Source of the DNA: an uncultured Vampirovibrio sp.
GTDB lineage: Bacteria; Cyanobacteriota; Vampirovibrionia; Gastranaerophilales; Gastranaerophilaceae
DNA length: 64,000 nt
NCBI GenBank assembly: GCA_910577395.1
Contig: CAJTLG010000006.1
Coordinates: 79,946-143,945 of the forward strand
Direction of reading: 5' to 3'
Below are positions 6,894-15,953 of this stretch, in pieces. Below the pieces are notes generated by a model, which saw nothing but the letters and a program-made list of their open reading frames with translations, was not told where the DNA came from and ran no database searches. Position 1 is the stretch's first letter. Each line of letters starts with the position of its first letter. The position numbers and the translations under genes are program-made.

Positions 6894-9815
6894 ATGAAGA
6901 AAAGTTGTTCATTTGTGCGCCATTTTGCGCACCCCGGTTTTTCATTAATTGAGATGCTCATGGCTCTCCTTGTAGCATCATTGTTACTTGCAGCATTAGC
7001 TCCTGTAATGACAAGAAAGTTTGGGGATAATGTTAATGTATCCGGTGTAGGTAATGGTGCTAAAAGTGATTATACAAGATTATTTGATAAAGACACTGAA
7101 TGGAATATACCAAACGGTGTTAATGTTGTTAATATAACAGCAATAGGAGGTGGAGGAGCAGGGGGTGGAGCAAGTTACGGATTTCAGGAATTTACATCCA
7201 CAACTAATAATTGGATTGTTCCAAATGGTGTAACAAAGATTAGAGTATTTATGACAGGTGCAGGAGGGGGCGGAGCATCAGGGGGTGCAGGTAAAGATTG
7301 GGCGTATGGTGATATACCCAAGATAGATAGTGCAGAAACACAAATCGCCGCCGCGGGTACATATACATTCAGTGATGATATTGTGCCCCCTACAACCCAT
7401 GTTGCTCCTGAATTAAATAACTTATGTAAAAGTTTAAACGGCAGTTGGCATATTATATCAAAAGATAATGAAAAAATTGTTGCAGGAGAAACATTTAAAA
7501 ATATTGATAAAAATGCAACTGTAACTTTAAGTAAAGTTACAGCTTGCGGCGCAGGCGGAGGAGGAGGCGGAGGAGCGGGGCATGCTGCCGGTGGAGGTGG
7601 TGGCTCAGGGGGATATATCCAAAATGAAACATTAAATGTATCCAAACTTGCATCGAAAATATTCTTAAAAATCGGCTCAGGTGGCGGAGCAGGAAATGGT
7701 GGCAACTATATTGGCGGTTCCAATGTCACTTCGACAGGAGGTACGGGTGGTGGCAGTGGAATTGGCACAGCAAGAGGAGGCACAGGTGCTTACGGCAGTA
7801 CGGGTAGAGCAGGCAACGGAGGCAGCGGTAATGGTACCAGCACTCCAGGTACAGGTGGAGGAACCAGTTCTTATACGTGCTACGGAAAAACAAGTTGCGC
7901 TTCAAGCCCCACTACCGCAGCCGGAAATGGCAGCTATGGCGGCGGCGGGGGAGGCGGCAAAATTGGCGGTTATTCAAGTGCAGGCGGTTCTTCCGGAGCT
8001 GGCGGCGGAGGTGGAGGGGGTACAGCTATTTTAACCGATAGTTCAAACGGTAATGTTGTGTTTGAGATTGGCGGCGGAGGCGGCGGCGGAGGAGCTGGTG
8101 GTAGTCTTGGTACAGGCGGGTCAGGTTATGCCGGCGGCGGCGGAGGAGCTGGTGGTGGTGCGGGCGCCGGCGGCGGCGGAGGCGGTGGTGCAGGCGGGTC
8201 CTATACACAAGGTACAGGTGGTGCAGGCGGGTCTTTTAGTAAGGGTTCTGGTGGGTCTGGTGGCGGAGGTGGTAATACAAATATTTCAAATACCAACGGT
8301 AGCAGTGTAAACGGCGGCCGTGGCGGTAGCCATGGCAGCTATGGTGGAGCTGGCGGAGGTGGTGGTGCGGGCGCCGGTGGCCGTGGCGGTAATGGCGGTG
8401 TTGGCTCATATTCAGATAGCGCTTTAACCGGTGGTGGCACAATATCAACAATTTTTCCAAGCAATTGTAACGGCGGACAAGGCGGCCGTGCCGGAGGAAG
8501 TGATTGCGGTAGTAATGGTTATGGCGGTCTTCCCGGTGCCATGAAACTCTGGTACTCTGCTTCATCAGTAGTGAATGGTCTAAAGTGTGAATATTATACT
8601 AAATCCAACTCCGGTGGGGGCGGCGGTGCCGGTCAGGTATGGTTAGGAGAGATAAGCGTAACCCCCGGTCAAAAGTTAAGCTTTAATATAGGGATTGGAG
8701 GAGAAGGTACATCTAATTACGGAAGTAGCGGATATGGAAGAAATGGCGGCAATGGCGGGGATACATCTATCTTGGTTAACGGTGTAAGTATTGCAAGTGT
8801 ATCAGGGGGTAAAGGAGGAAAATATATAAATAGTAATAATGAAAGTGAGATAAGCAGTAATAGTATAGGTATAGGTGGAGGAATAAAGAAAAGCAGTTTT
8901 TCTAATAATGCTAAATATGTTAATTGGTTAAATCTTAATACAACTAATAACCCCCCAGGACAGTCAGGATTAAAAGCATCTACTCCTGCAAACGGTGCAG
9001 GGGGTGGCAGAGGCGGAAATACTATATCAAAGAATAATACTCTTGTATTAGGAGGATTAGGAGGAGGAGCGCAATCAAACGGAGTTGATACTCTATCTTC
9101 TAACTACGGAGCCGGAGGAGGCGGAGGCGGAGGTGTAGTTAATGAAGGAGGAACACCCGGCCATGGAGGCAAAGGTGCTAACGGATATATATACATTGAA
9201 TGGGGAAGTACAAACGGGGGTGGCGGAGCCAGTGGTCAGGTTGTAGAAAAGAAAGCCGTATGGGTAACACCCGGTACCAAAATAAAAATAAATGTGGGTA
9301 AGGGTGGAGAAGGTAAGGATATACTTAGTGAATTAAATGGTGTATCCGGACAATTCGGACAAAAAGGAAGTAGCGGAGGAAATACTATAGTTACTATACC
9401 TAATGAAGAAATAATAACAGCTCTTGGGGGAGAAGGAGGATACCCGGGGGGAAGTAACCATGGAATAGGAGGGAATGGTGGAGATGAAGCTAATGAAAGT
9501 ATTGGGGGTAATAAGAATAATATGATAACAGAGAATTCTATACCCGGGTATAACGGTAATGATGATTTTGGAGGAAATGGCGGATACATTATGAAAGAGA
9601 TATGTCCTTTATTATACGAACTTAACAAAGCAAGTTACGGAGGATGTGGCGGAAGTAATCCAAGTACTAACGGATGTTATCCAAGCACAGGCCCTATGGG
9701 AAGTAAAGGATACGGTATAGGAGCAGGGGGCGGAGGAGGAAGTGTTAAAGATAACCAAGCTCACGTTGGAGGCAATGGCAGTAATGGGGGTGTAATTATT
9801 GAGTGGAGTAACTAA
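6894..9815 (+). CDS. prepilin-type N-terminal cleavage/methylation domain protein fused to multi-module glycine-rich (polyglycine) domains, 973 aa
   Basis: I use ATG 6894; the listed TTG 6831 adds 21 unlikely residues. Leader 'MKKSCSFVRHFAHPG|FSLIEMLMALLVASLLLAALAPV' has G-1, F+1, E+5 and a hydrophobic helix. The body has Gly runs of up to 8 residues and repeated strand-plus-Gly-run units such as 'WIVPNGVTKIRVFMTGAGGGG', 'VTPGQKLSFNIGIGGEG...GANGYIYIEW' and 'VTPGTKIKINVGKGGEG...GSNGGVIIEW'. Confidence 0.8.
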   Translation: MKKSCSFVRHFAHPGFSLIEMLMALLVASLLLAALAPVMTRKFGDNVNVSGVGNGAKSDYTRLFDKDTEWNIPNGVNVVNITAIGGGGAGGGASYGFQEFTSTTNNWIVPNGVTKIRVFMTGAGGGGASGGAGKDWAYGDIPKIDSAETQIAAAGTYTFSDDIVPPTTHVAPELNNLCKSLNGSWHIISKDNEKIVAGETFKNIDKNATVTLSKVTACGAGGGGGGGAGHAAGGGGGSGGYIQNETLNVSKLASKIFLKIGSGGGAGNGGNYIGGSNVTSTGGTGGGSGIGTARGGTGAYGSTGRAGNGGSGNGTSTPGTGGGTSSYTCYGKTSCASSPTTAAGNGSYGGGGGGGKIGGYSSAGGSSGAGGGGGGGTAILTDSSNGNVVFEIGGGGGGGGAGGSLGTGGSGYAGGGGGAGGGAGAGGGGGGGAGGSYTQGTGGAGGSFSKGSGGSGGGGGNTNISNTNGSSVNGGRGGSHGSYGGAGGGGGAGAGGRGGNGGVGSYSDSALTGGGTISTIFPSNCNGGQGGRAGGSDCGSNGYGGLPGAMKLWYSASSVVNGLKCEYYTKSNSGGGGGAGQVWLGEISVTPGQKLSFNIGIGGEGTSNYGSSGYGRNGGNGGDTSILVNGVSIASVSGGKGGKYINSNNESEISSNSIGIGGGIKKSSFSNNAKYVNWLNLNTTNNPPGQSGLKASTPANGAGGGRGGNTISKNNTLVLGGLGGGAQSNGVDTLSSNYGAGGGGGGGVVNEGGTPGHGGKGANGYIYIEWGSTNGGGGASGQVVEKKAVWVTPGTKIKINVGKGGEGKDILSELNGVSGQFGQKGSSGGNTIVTIPNEEIITALGGEGGYPGGSNHGIGGNGGDEANESIGGNKNNMITENSIPGYNGNDDFGGNGGYIMKEICPLLYELNKASYGGCGGSNPSTNGCYPSTGPMGSKGYGIGAGGGGGSVKDNQAHVGGNGSNGGVIIEWSN

Positions 9816-9957
9816 AATGGGGTACGGCCTTCGTCCTGTCCGCCTTGCCCTTCGGCAAGCCGTCACGGACTCGCACACCTCAGGCTCATTCGGCCTCACA
9901 AAGCCCATCGGGCTAATGTTCGACTCTCACTAAGATTTTAGATAAACAACTTATTTT

Positions 9958-9990
9958 GGGCGCGTATTGTAACCTTCGCGCCCTTTTTTT
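9958..9990 (+). terminator. rho-independent terminator
   Basis: Stem 'gggcgcg' (9958-9964) pairs with 'cgcgccc' (9977-9983), followed by TTTTTTT (9984-9990). Confidence 0.8.
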
Positions 9991-10031
9991 AGCTGTAGGG
10001 CAGGGTTAAATTTACATGCTAAAATGTTACT

Positions 10032-12017
10032 ATGATTGAAAAAAAATTTGAAATAGTTTCTGATTATAAACCGCAGGGCGACCAGCCAAAGGCAATAGAA
10101 ACCCTTGCACAGGGTATAAATGACGGTATGGCAACCCAGACCTTGCTTGGGGTAACAGGTTCAGGAAAAACTTTTACAATTGCAAATGTCATTGAAAAGG
10201 TGCAAAAGCCAACCCTTATAATTGCACACAACAAAACCCTTGCAGCACAGCTGTATAATGAATTTAAAGAGCTTTTCCCGAATAACGCCGTTGAATATTT
10301 TATAAGCTATTATGATTACTATCAACCGGAGGCCTACATCCCGCGCACGGATACATATATTGAAAAATCCGCCTCTATTAATGATGAAATTGACCGCCTG
10401 CGCCATAATACCACACGCAGCCTGTATGAAAGAAAAGATGTAATCATAGTGGCATCTGTCAGCTGTATATACGGTTTAGGGCTTCCGGAAAATTATTTTA
10501 GGGGCTCCATAAACCTTTCTGTTGGTGAAGAAATTGACAGACAGGCGCTTTTAGAACATTTAGTGTTAACACGGTATGAAAGAAACGATGTAGAACTAAA
10601 GCGTGCAACCTTCCGCGCAAGAGGCGATATTGTTGAGATTATGCCAAGTTATGAAAAAATCATAACGCGGATTTATTTCTTTGGGGATGAGATTGAAAAA
10701 ATTTCAAAAATTGACCCTGTAACGGGCGAAATACTTGAAAATGTGCCCGAAACCGTAATATATCCTGCTGTGCATTATCTTGCAGATGATGATGACCTTG
10801 AAGGCTCCTTAGAGCAAATCCGCCGGGAACTTCGTGCCCGCCTGAATGAACTGTATGCACAAAACAAGCTAGTAGAGGCCCAAAGGCTTGAACAGCGGGT
10901 GAATTATGACATTGAAATGATAAAAGAAATGGGGTACTGTTCGGGTATTGAAAATTATTCCCGTATCCTTGAGCGCCGCGCCCCGGGCACCCCGCCCGCT
11001 ACCCTTTTAGACTATTTTCAGGGGGATTATCTTGTGGTGGTGGATGAATCACACGTAACTCTGCCACAGCTAAGAGGTATGTATTTTGGCGACCGTTCAA
11101 GAAAAGAAACCCTTGTAGAGTACGGTTTCAGGCTGCCTTGCGCCAAAGATAACCGCCCGCTTACATTTGATGAATTCTGGGAAAAAATCGGCCAAAAGAT
11201 TTTTATTTCAGCCACCCCTGCTGATTTTGAAAAGGAAGAATCATCACAAATTGTAGAACAAATCATCCGCCCGACAGGGCTTTTAGACCCTGAAATTGAC
11301 GTACGCCCTACAGAAGGCCAAGTAAAGGATTTAATAGAAGAAATCAAAAAGACTTCTGATAAAAAGGAACGTGTTTTAGTTACCACGCTGACTAAAAAAA
11401 TGGCGGAAGAGCTGACTGAATATATGACAGGGCAGGGAATACGCGTAAGATACCTGCATAGCGGGGTGCAATCACTTGAAAGGGTGGAAATCTTAAGGGA
11501 TTTAAGACTCGGAGAATTTGATGTACTTGTAGGCGTAAACCTTTTGAGAGAGGGGCTTGATATTCCTGAAGTATCCCTTGTTGCAATTATGGATGCGGAC
11601 AAAGAAGGGTTTTTAAGGTGTGAAACATCTTTAATCCAGACCATTGGCCGCAGCGCAAGAAATTCTGCAGGCAGGGTTATTATGTATGCCGATAAAATGA
11701 CAGATTCAATGAAGGTGGCAATCGATGAAACCCAAAGGCGCCGCGAACTTCAGATGAAATTTAACAAAGAGCACAATATAACACCAAAAACTATCAAAAA
11801 ATCAATTGAAAACAACCTTTTATCGCTCGTGCAAAGCTATAGAAGTATTGAAGATATTGTGGCAGACCAGATGTGTGAATTAAATATTGAAAAAAAAGAC
11901 CTGCCAAAACTTTTAAACCAGCTTGAAAAAGATATGCACAAAGCTGCTAAAATCCTTGATTTTGAACGCGCCGCAGAATTAAGAGACCAGATAAAGAAAT
12001 TAAGAGAGATGGTGTAA
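10032..12017 (+). CDS. uvrB: excinuclease ABC subunit B
   Basis: 661 aa. Walker A '[10 protein letters not shown]', '[10 protein letters not shown]', helicase motifs 'VVVDESHVT' and 'TIGRSARN', and C-terminal UVR motif '[14 protein letters not shown]'. Confidence 0.97.
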   Translation: MIEKKFEIVSDYKPQGDQPKAIETLAQGINDGMATQTLLGVTGSGKTFTIANVIEKVQKPTLIIAHNKTLAAQLYNEFKELFPNNAVEYFISYYDYYQPEAYIPRTDTYIEKSASINDEIDRLRHNTTRSLYERKDVIIVASVSCIYGLGLPENYFRGSINLSVGEEIDRQALLEHLVLTRYERNDVELKRATFRARGDIVEIMPSYEKIITRIYFFGDEIEKISKIDPVTGEILENVPETVIYPAVHYLADDDDLEGSLEQIRRELRARLNELYAQNKLVEAQRLEQRVNYDIEMIKEMGYCSGIENYSRILERRAPGTPPATLLDYFQGDYLVVVDESHVTLPQLRGMYFGDRSRKETLVEYGFRLPCAKDNRPLTFDEFWEKIGQKIFISATPADFEKEESSQIVEQIIRPTGLLDPEIDVRPTEGQVKDLIEEIKKTSDKKERVLVTTLTKKMAEELTEYMTGQGIRVRYLHSGVQSLERVEILRDLRLGEFDVLVGVNLLREGLDIPEVSLVAIMDADKEGFLRCETSLIQTIGRSARNSAGRVIMYADKMTDSMKVAIDETQRRRELQMKFNKEHNITPKTIKKSIENNLLSLVQSYRSIEDIVADQMCELNIEKKDLPKLLNQLEKDMHKAAKILDFERAAELRDQIKKLREMV

Positions 12018-12195
12018 AACATAAAAACTGCATCTACGCTGCTTTTTAATCAGTGTCTGACAAACGGCGAAATTGATGATGAGACATTGTTCCTTGCAAT
12101 GTCTCTCAAGAAAATAGTTGAAGAATGCGAAAATAAAATGTATAAAATTTAAATTTTTAAAGCAAAAAAATATTCACAGATGTTTTAAATATTAT

Positions 12196-13032
12196 ATGAT
12201 TACAGTTACAAATAAAACAAGTACAGCACAATTACCCAAACCAAATAATGCACAATATCAACCGACCCCGCTTAGCGCAATCAATACAACAAGCATAAAG
12301 CAAGATGATACTTTTGGTTTTACAATCAGGCAATCTGATAAGCTTAATAACCTTAAGGCGCTATATTCAATGTTTGTTAATTTGACACCTCAAAATGTAA
12401 AAGATATGAAGAATAAGACAAACAAAGAGGCGGCAAAATACTGTTACGATTTAATATGCAAATCTATGAAAATACCAAATGAAATTGCCCCTGAATTTAT
12501 AATAAAAACCACAAATAAAGAAGCGCCCGGATTATGCGGGCTATATACTTATATGACAAATGAATTAAGTTATTTTAGTGAATCTGCCGGCAATACAAAA
12601 CTTGGGAAATGGTGGACTTTCGGGCTTATAAGACATGAAATGGAACATTTTAGACAAAATATAGATATATTAAGAAGTAAAGAACTTAGCGAAAAATTGT
12701 TTGAATATTATGATAAAACACTTGAAGATGTCGGAGCTGCCTATAAATTCAGCAAACAAGAAATACAAGATGAAAAAGCGGAATTTAGGAATATACAAAA
12801 AAGTTTTCAATCCAAAATACTAAAATATTATCCGCCAATTCAAGCAGGCACCAAAGAATATAAACATGCAGAAAAAATGCTTAATAATCGCATGAATTAC
12901 ACCCTTGGCACAAAAGGAATATCAGATAAATTAAAGTATTTTATCCAGCCAAGCGAATTTGAAGCCTGCAGGGTGCAGGGGTTTAACTGGATAAATTACT
13001 TATCAAAACGTATTAAAAGCATATTTATCTGA
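12196..13032 (+). CDS. hypothetical protein with HExxH zinc-metallopeptidase-like motif
   Basis: Likely start is ATG 12196 ('MITVTNK'), since the upstream part of the listed ORF is AT-rich promoter-like sequence. 'LIRHEMEHF' is the only recognisable motif. No signal peptide or TM segment. Confidence 0.45.
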   Translation: MITVTNKTSTAQLPKPNNAQYQPTPLSAINTTSIKQDDTFGFTIRQSDKLNNLKALYSMFVNLTPQNVKDMKNKTNKEAAKYCYDLICKSMKIPNEIAPEFIIKTTNKEAPGLCGLYTYMTNELSYFSESAGNTKLGKWWTFGLIRHEMEHFRQNIDILRSKELSEKLFEYYDKTLEDVGAAYKFSKQEIQDEKAEFRNIQKSFQSKILKYYPPIQAGTKEYKHAEKMLNNRMNYTLGTKGISDKLKYFIQPSEFEACRVQGFNWINYLSKRIKSIFI

Positions 13033-13057
13033 TATTTGCTGATGTAATACCAAAACT

Positions 13058-13972
13058 TTACACTAGCGGGGTTTTATCAATAGATTTTAAGACATCATTT
13101 AAAACGTCAAACAGCTCTGCACGCTCAATTTCCGTTAATTCGACAAGCGGCCTTCTTACATAATTTTCAAACATCTTTAATCTTGATAATACAGCCTTTA
13201 CAGGAACAGGATTTGGTGCCATAAATAATTTTTTAAACAGCGGGTATAATTTTTGGTGCATATTCCTTGCTGCTTTTACCTGCCCTGATTTGAAATTGTG
13301 AATTAAGGATTTAATTTCATCCCCCACAACATGAGATGCCACAGAAATTACCCCATGTGCCCCAAGTGAAAGCATTGGAAGCGTAAGACTGTCATCTCCG
13401 CAATAAATTGCAAAATCATCAGGGCACTGTGCCTTTAATTCCGTTATCACATCCATATCGGGGAAACTTTGCTTTAGGGCGACAATATTAGGATACTCTT
13501 TTGCAAGGAATGCAACTGTTGAAGGCTGCATATTTACACCTGTACGCCCAGGAATATTGTATAGGATAATAGGAATATCTACACTTTTAGCAATCGCCCC
13601 AAAATGTTCAATCATCCCTTGCTGATTTGGTTTATTATAATAAGGCACAACAGAAAGTATAGCATCTGCCCCAAGTTCCTGCGCTTTTTTAGATGATTCA
13701 ATAGCGGTTCTTGTACAGTTTGAGCCTGCACCCATAATAACCTTAGCAGCCCCCGAAACAACACCTTTAACGGCATATAAAAGTTCGTACTCTTCGCTGT
13801 GGGTTAATGTGGGGCTTTCCCCCGTGGTGCCTGCAACCAATATAGTGTCAGAGCCTGTATTTATAAGATGTTTTGCAAGCTTTTCAACCGCAGGAAAATC
13901 TATCTCTCTTTTTTCGTTAAACGGTGTCACCATTGCGGTTATTACTTCACCTGCATCATATCTTAATGTCAT
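13058..13972 (-). CDS. dapA: 4-hydroxy-tetrahydrodipicolinate synthase
   Basis: 304 aa. 'ITAMVTPF', 'ILVAGTTGESPTLTHSE', 'YYNKP' and 'ILYNIPGRTG' are DapA family motifs. SD 'GAAGGAG' lies upstream. Confidence 0.93.
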   Translation of the reverse strand: MTLRYDAGEVITAMVTPFNEKREIDFPAVEKLAKHLINTGSDTILVAGTTGESPTLTHSEEYELLYAVKGVVSGAAKVIMGAGSNCTRTAIESSKKAQELGADAILSVVPYYNKPNQQGMIEHFGAIAKSVDIPIILYNIPGRTGVNMQPSTVAFLAKEYPNIVALKQSFPDMDVITELKAQCPDDFAIYCGDDSLTLPMLSLGAHGVISVASHVVGDEIKSLIHNFKSGQVKAARNMHQKLYPLFKKLFMAPNPVPVKAVLSRLKMFENYVRRPLVELTEIERAELFDVLNDVLKSIDKTPLV

Positions 13973-14001
13973 ACCTTTTAATCTCCTTCAAGCTATTTTG
14001 A

Positions 14002-14071
14002 TTTACTTATATACGGCCGCGCCCTTTATTTGTTTACGGTTGCGCCCATTTATTTATTTACGGCTGTGCCG
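14002..14071. repeat. three tandem degenerate 23-24-bp copies of the asd 3' terminus
   Basis: Copies at 14002-14024, 14025-14047 and 14049-14071 match 18/23 (first vs second) and 19/23 (second vs third). The third copy encodes the last asd codons plus the stop. The other two fill the asd-dapA spacer. Confidence 0.7.
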
Positions 14072-15081
14072 TAAAGGCCCATTTTTACAACAGATTCCGC
14101 AATGCGCACTGTATTAAGTGCAGCACCTATTCTTAAATTATCCGCCACACAGAATAAATCAATCGCATTATCAAAAGCAATAGATTTTCTTATCCTGCCC
14201 ACATAAACAGGGTCTTTGCCGGCACAATCTTTTGGGGTTGGGTAAACGTAGTTATCAATATCATCAACCACTTCTACACCCCATGCGTTTGATAAAATTT
14301 CGCGTGCTTTATTTGCATCCATAGGTTTTTCAAATTCAATAGTAACAGCCTCACTGTGGCCTCTGTATACAGGTACACGCACAGCGGTACAAGATATGGG
14401 CACACTTTCTGAAAGGTGAAGGATTTTCCTTGTTTCGTTTGTCACCTTCATCTCTTCTTTTGTATAGCCGTTTTCAGTAAATGAATCAATCTGCGGAATA
14501 AGGTTAAAACCTATTTCATATTTAAACACCTTGTTTTCATAGGGCATTCCAACTAAATTAACCTTTGAATTATCAGTTAATTCATTCATAGCAGCCAATC
14601 CGGCACCTGAAACAGCCTGATAGGTAGAAACTATAAGCCTTTTAATATTTGCATAGTCATGCAGTGGTTTTAAAACAAGCATTAATTGGGATGTTGAACA
14701 ATTCGGATTAGCAACAATTCCCTTGTGCATTTTTAAATCTTCATCATTAACACCTGCAATCACAAGCGGTACATCCTTTTCCATTCTGAATGCACTTGAA
14801 TTATCTATATATACAGCCCCTCTTTTTGCAGCCTCTTTTGCAAGAGCAAGGCTTGTAGAGCCGCCGGCAGAGGCCAACACTATATCAACCCCCTCAAAAG
14901 CATCGGGCGTTGCTTTAATTACTGTGTGTTCTTTGCCTGCAAAATCAAGCTTTGAGCCTGCGGAACGGGCTGATGCCAGCATTTTAATTGAGTTAAATTC
15001 AAATTTTTTTTCTTCCAAAATACTTAGTATTTCTCTTCCGACAACCCCTGTCGCCCCAAGAACAGCTATATTCGGTTTCAT
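14050..15081 (-). CDS. asd: aspartate-semialdehyde dehydrogenase
   Basis: 343 aa. 'VLGATGVVGRE', active-site region 'ANPNCSTSQLM' and 'STYQAVSGAG'. Confidence 0.95.
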   Translation of the reverse strand: MKPNIAVLGATGVVGREILSILEEKKFEFNSIKMLASARSAGSKLDFAGKEHTVIKATPDAFEGVDIVLASAGGSTSLALAKEAAKRGAVYIDNSSAFRMEKDVPLVIAGVNDEDLKMHKGIVANPNCSTSQLMLVLKPLHDYANIKRLIVSTYQAVSGAGLAAMNELTDNSKVNLVGMPYENKVFKYEIGFNLIPQIDSFTENGYTKEEMKVTNETRKILHLSESVPISCTAVRVPVYRGHSEAVTIEFEKPMDANKAREILSNAWGVEVVDDIDNYVYPTPKDCAGKDPVYVGRIRKSIAFDNAIDLFCVADNLRIGAALNTVRIAESVVKMGLYGTAVNK

Positions 15082-15872
15082 AATATATTCTCCAATCCGT
15101 ATATAAATTCATTATTTTCAAAAACATGTTTAATTGCAAGCTCAACCCCTGACATATAACATTCACGGTTTATTGAATCATGCCTGATAGTAAGCGTTTG
15201 CCCCACTGCCCCAAGAATAACTTCCTGGCTTGCAACAAACCCGGGCATTCTAACCGAATGTATATGTATATTGCCCCCGTTTTCATTAAAGGTACCGCCT
15301 CTTGAACCTTTTATAAGTTCTGTATCCGGTACATTACCTTTGGCTAAGTCAGAATTTACCTCAGCCATCATTTGTGCCGTTTTAACGGCAGTGCCGGAAG
15401 GTGCATCCTTCTTTTGGTTATGGTGAAATTCAATAATCTCTGCGTTATCAAAATATTTTGCAGCCATTTTTGAAAACATCATCATTAAAACCGCACCAAT
15501 AGTAAAATTCGGCGCAATAAAGCAGCCTGTATTTTTTTCTTTGGATAGCTTTTTAAGCTCCTCAATCTGCGCACCGTTAAGGCCGGTTGTGCCTATTACA
15601 GGCTTTATGCCTAATTCAAGATATGTTTTTGTATTTTCAAACACCATACTCGGTTGGGTAAAATCAACTACAACATCAGGCTTGCTTATTTCAAGCGCCT
15701 TTTTGATATCGCCCTCAATTACAACATTTTCCCAAATATTTTCACCCACGCCAAATTTATCAACAGCACAAACAAGAACCATTTCTTTTTTTGTTTCACT
15801 ATTGTTTATAACTGTTTTAACAACCTCAGTGCCCATTTTTCCTTTGGCACCCACAACTGCAACTTTTATCAA
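15078..15872 (-). CDS. dapB: 4-hydroxy-tetrahydrodipicolinate reductase
   Basis: 264 aa. 'IKVAVVGAKGKMG', 'EFHHNQKKDAPSGTA' (the E-x-HH-x-K-x-DAPSGTA signature). 4-nt overlap with asd. Confidence 0.95.
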   Translation of the reverse strand: MIKVAVVGAKGKMGTEVVKTVINNSETKKEMVLVCAVDKFGVGENIWENVVIEGDIKKALEISKPDVVVDFTQPSMVFENTKTYLELGIKPVIGTTGLNGAQIEELKKLSKEKNTGCFIAPNFTIGAVLMMMFSKMAAKYFDNAEIIEFHHNQKKDAPSGTAVKTAQMMAEVNSDLAKGNVPDTELIKGSRGGTFNENGGNIHIHSVRMPGFVASQEVILGAVGQTLTIRHDSINRECYMSGVELAIKHVFENNEFIYGLENIL

Positions 15873-15953
15873 TTTAAATCTCCAAAATTGTTAAAATATC
15901 CGACTGGAATTATTTCACAAAAACACACCAAATACAAGACTGTGCCAATTTTT

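Noticed and set aside
7540-8560. Highly repetitive GGN-rich nucleotide tract that superficially looks like a repeat array.
   Set aside because: It is not a CRISPR array or satellite, since it has no constant repeat/spacer periodicity. The repetition is at the codon level inside one intact reading frame.
7184-9628. Six additional ORFs inside or antisense to the glycine-rich gene: 7184-7705(-), 7681-8034(+), 8026-8208(-), 8053-8310(+), 8236-8565(-) and 9236-9628(-).
   Set aside because: They are Pro-, Ala-Val-, Arg-His- or Leu-rich low-complexity translations. That is exactly what alternative and antisense frames of GGN-repeat codons produce. They have no SD sequences and no domain-like sequence.
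9905-9935. 'gttcgactc' resembling a tRNA T-loop, raising the idea of a tRNA fragment or integration-site remnant after the prepilin gene.
   Set aside because: The flanking bases do not form a T-stem, there is no acceptor or anticodon arm, and no integrase or direct repeat lies nearby.
11027-11644. 205-aa minus-strand ORF inside uvrB.
   Set aside because: It is antisense to a full-length, motif-complete uvrB, and its translation is Ser-rich low complexity.
12085-12109. Perfect 9-bp hairpin 'gagacattg...caatgtctc' downstream of uvrB.
   Set aside because: It is not followed by a T-tract on either strand and I see no second copy. I cannot tell whether it is a terminator, a protein-binding site or chance.
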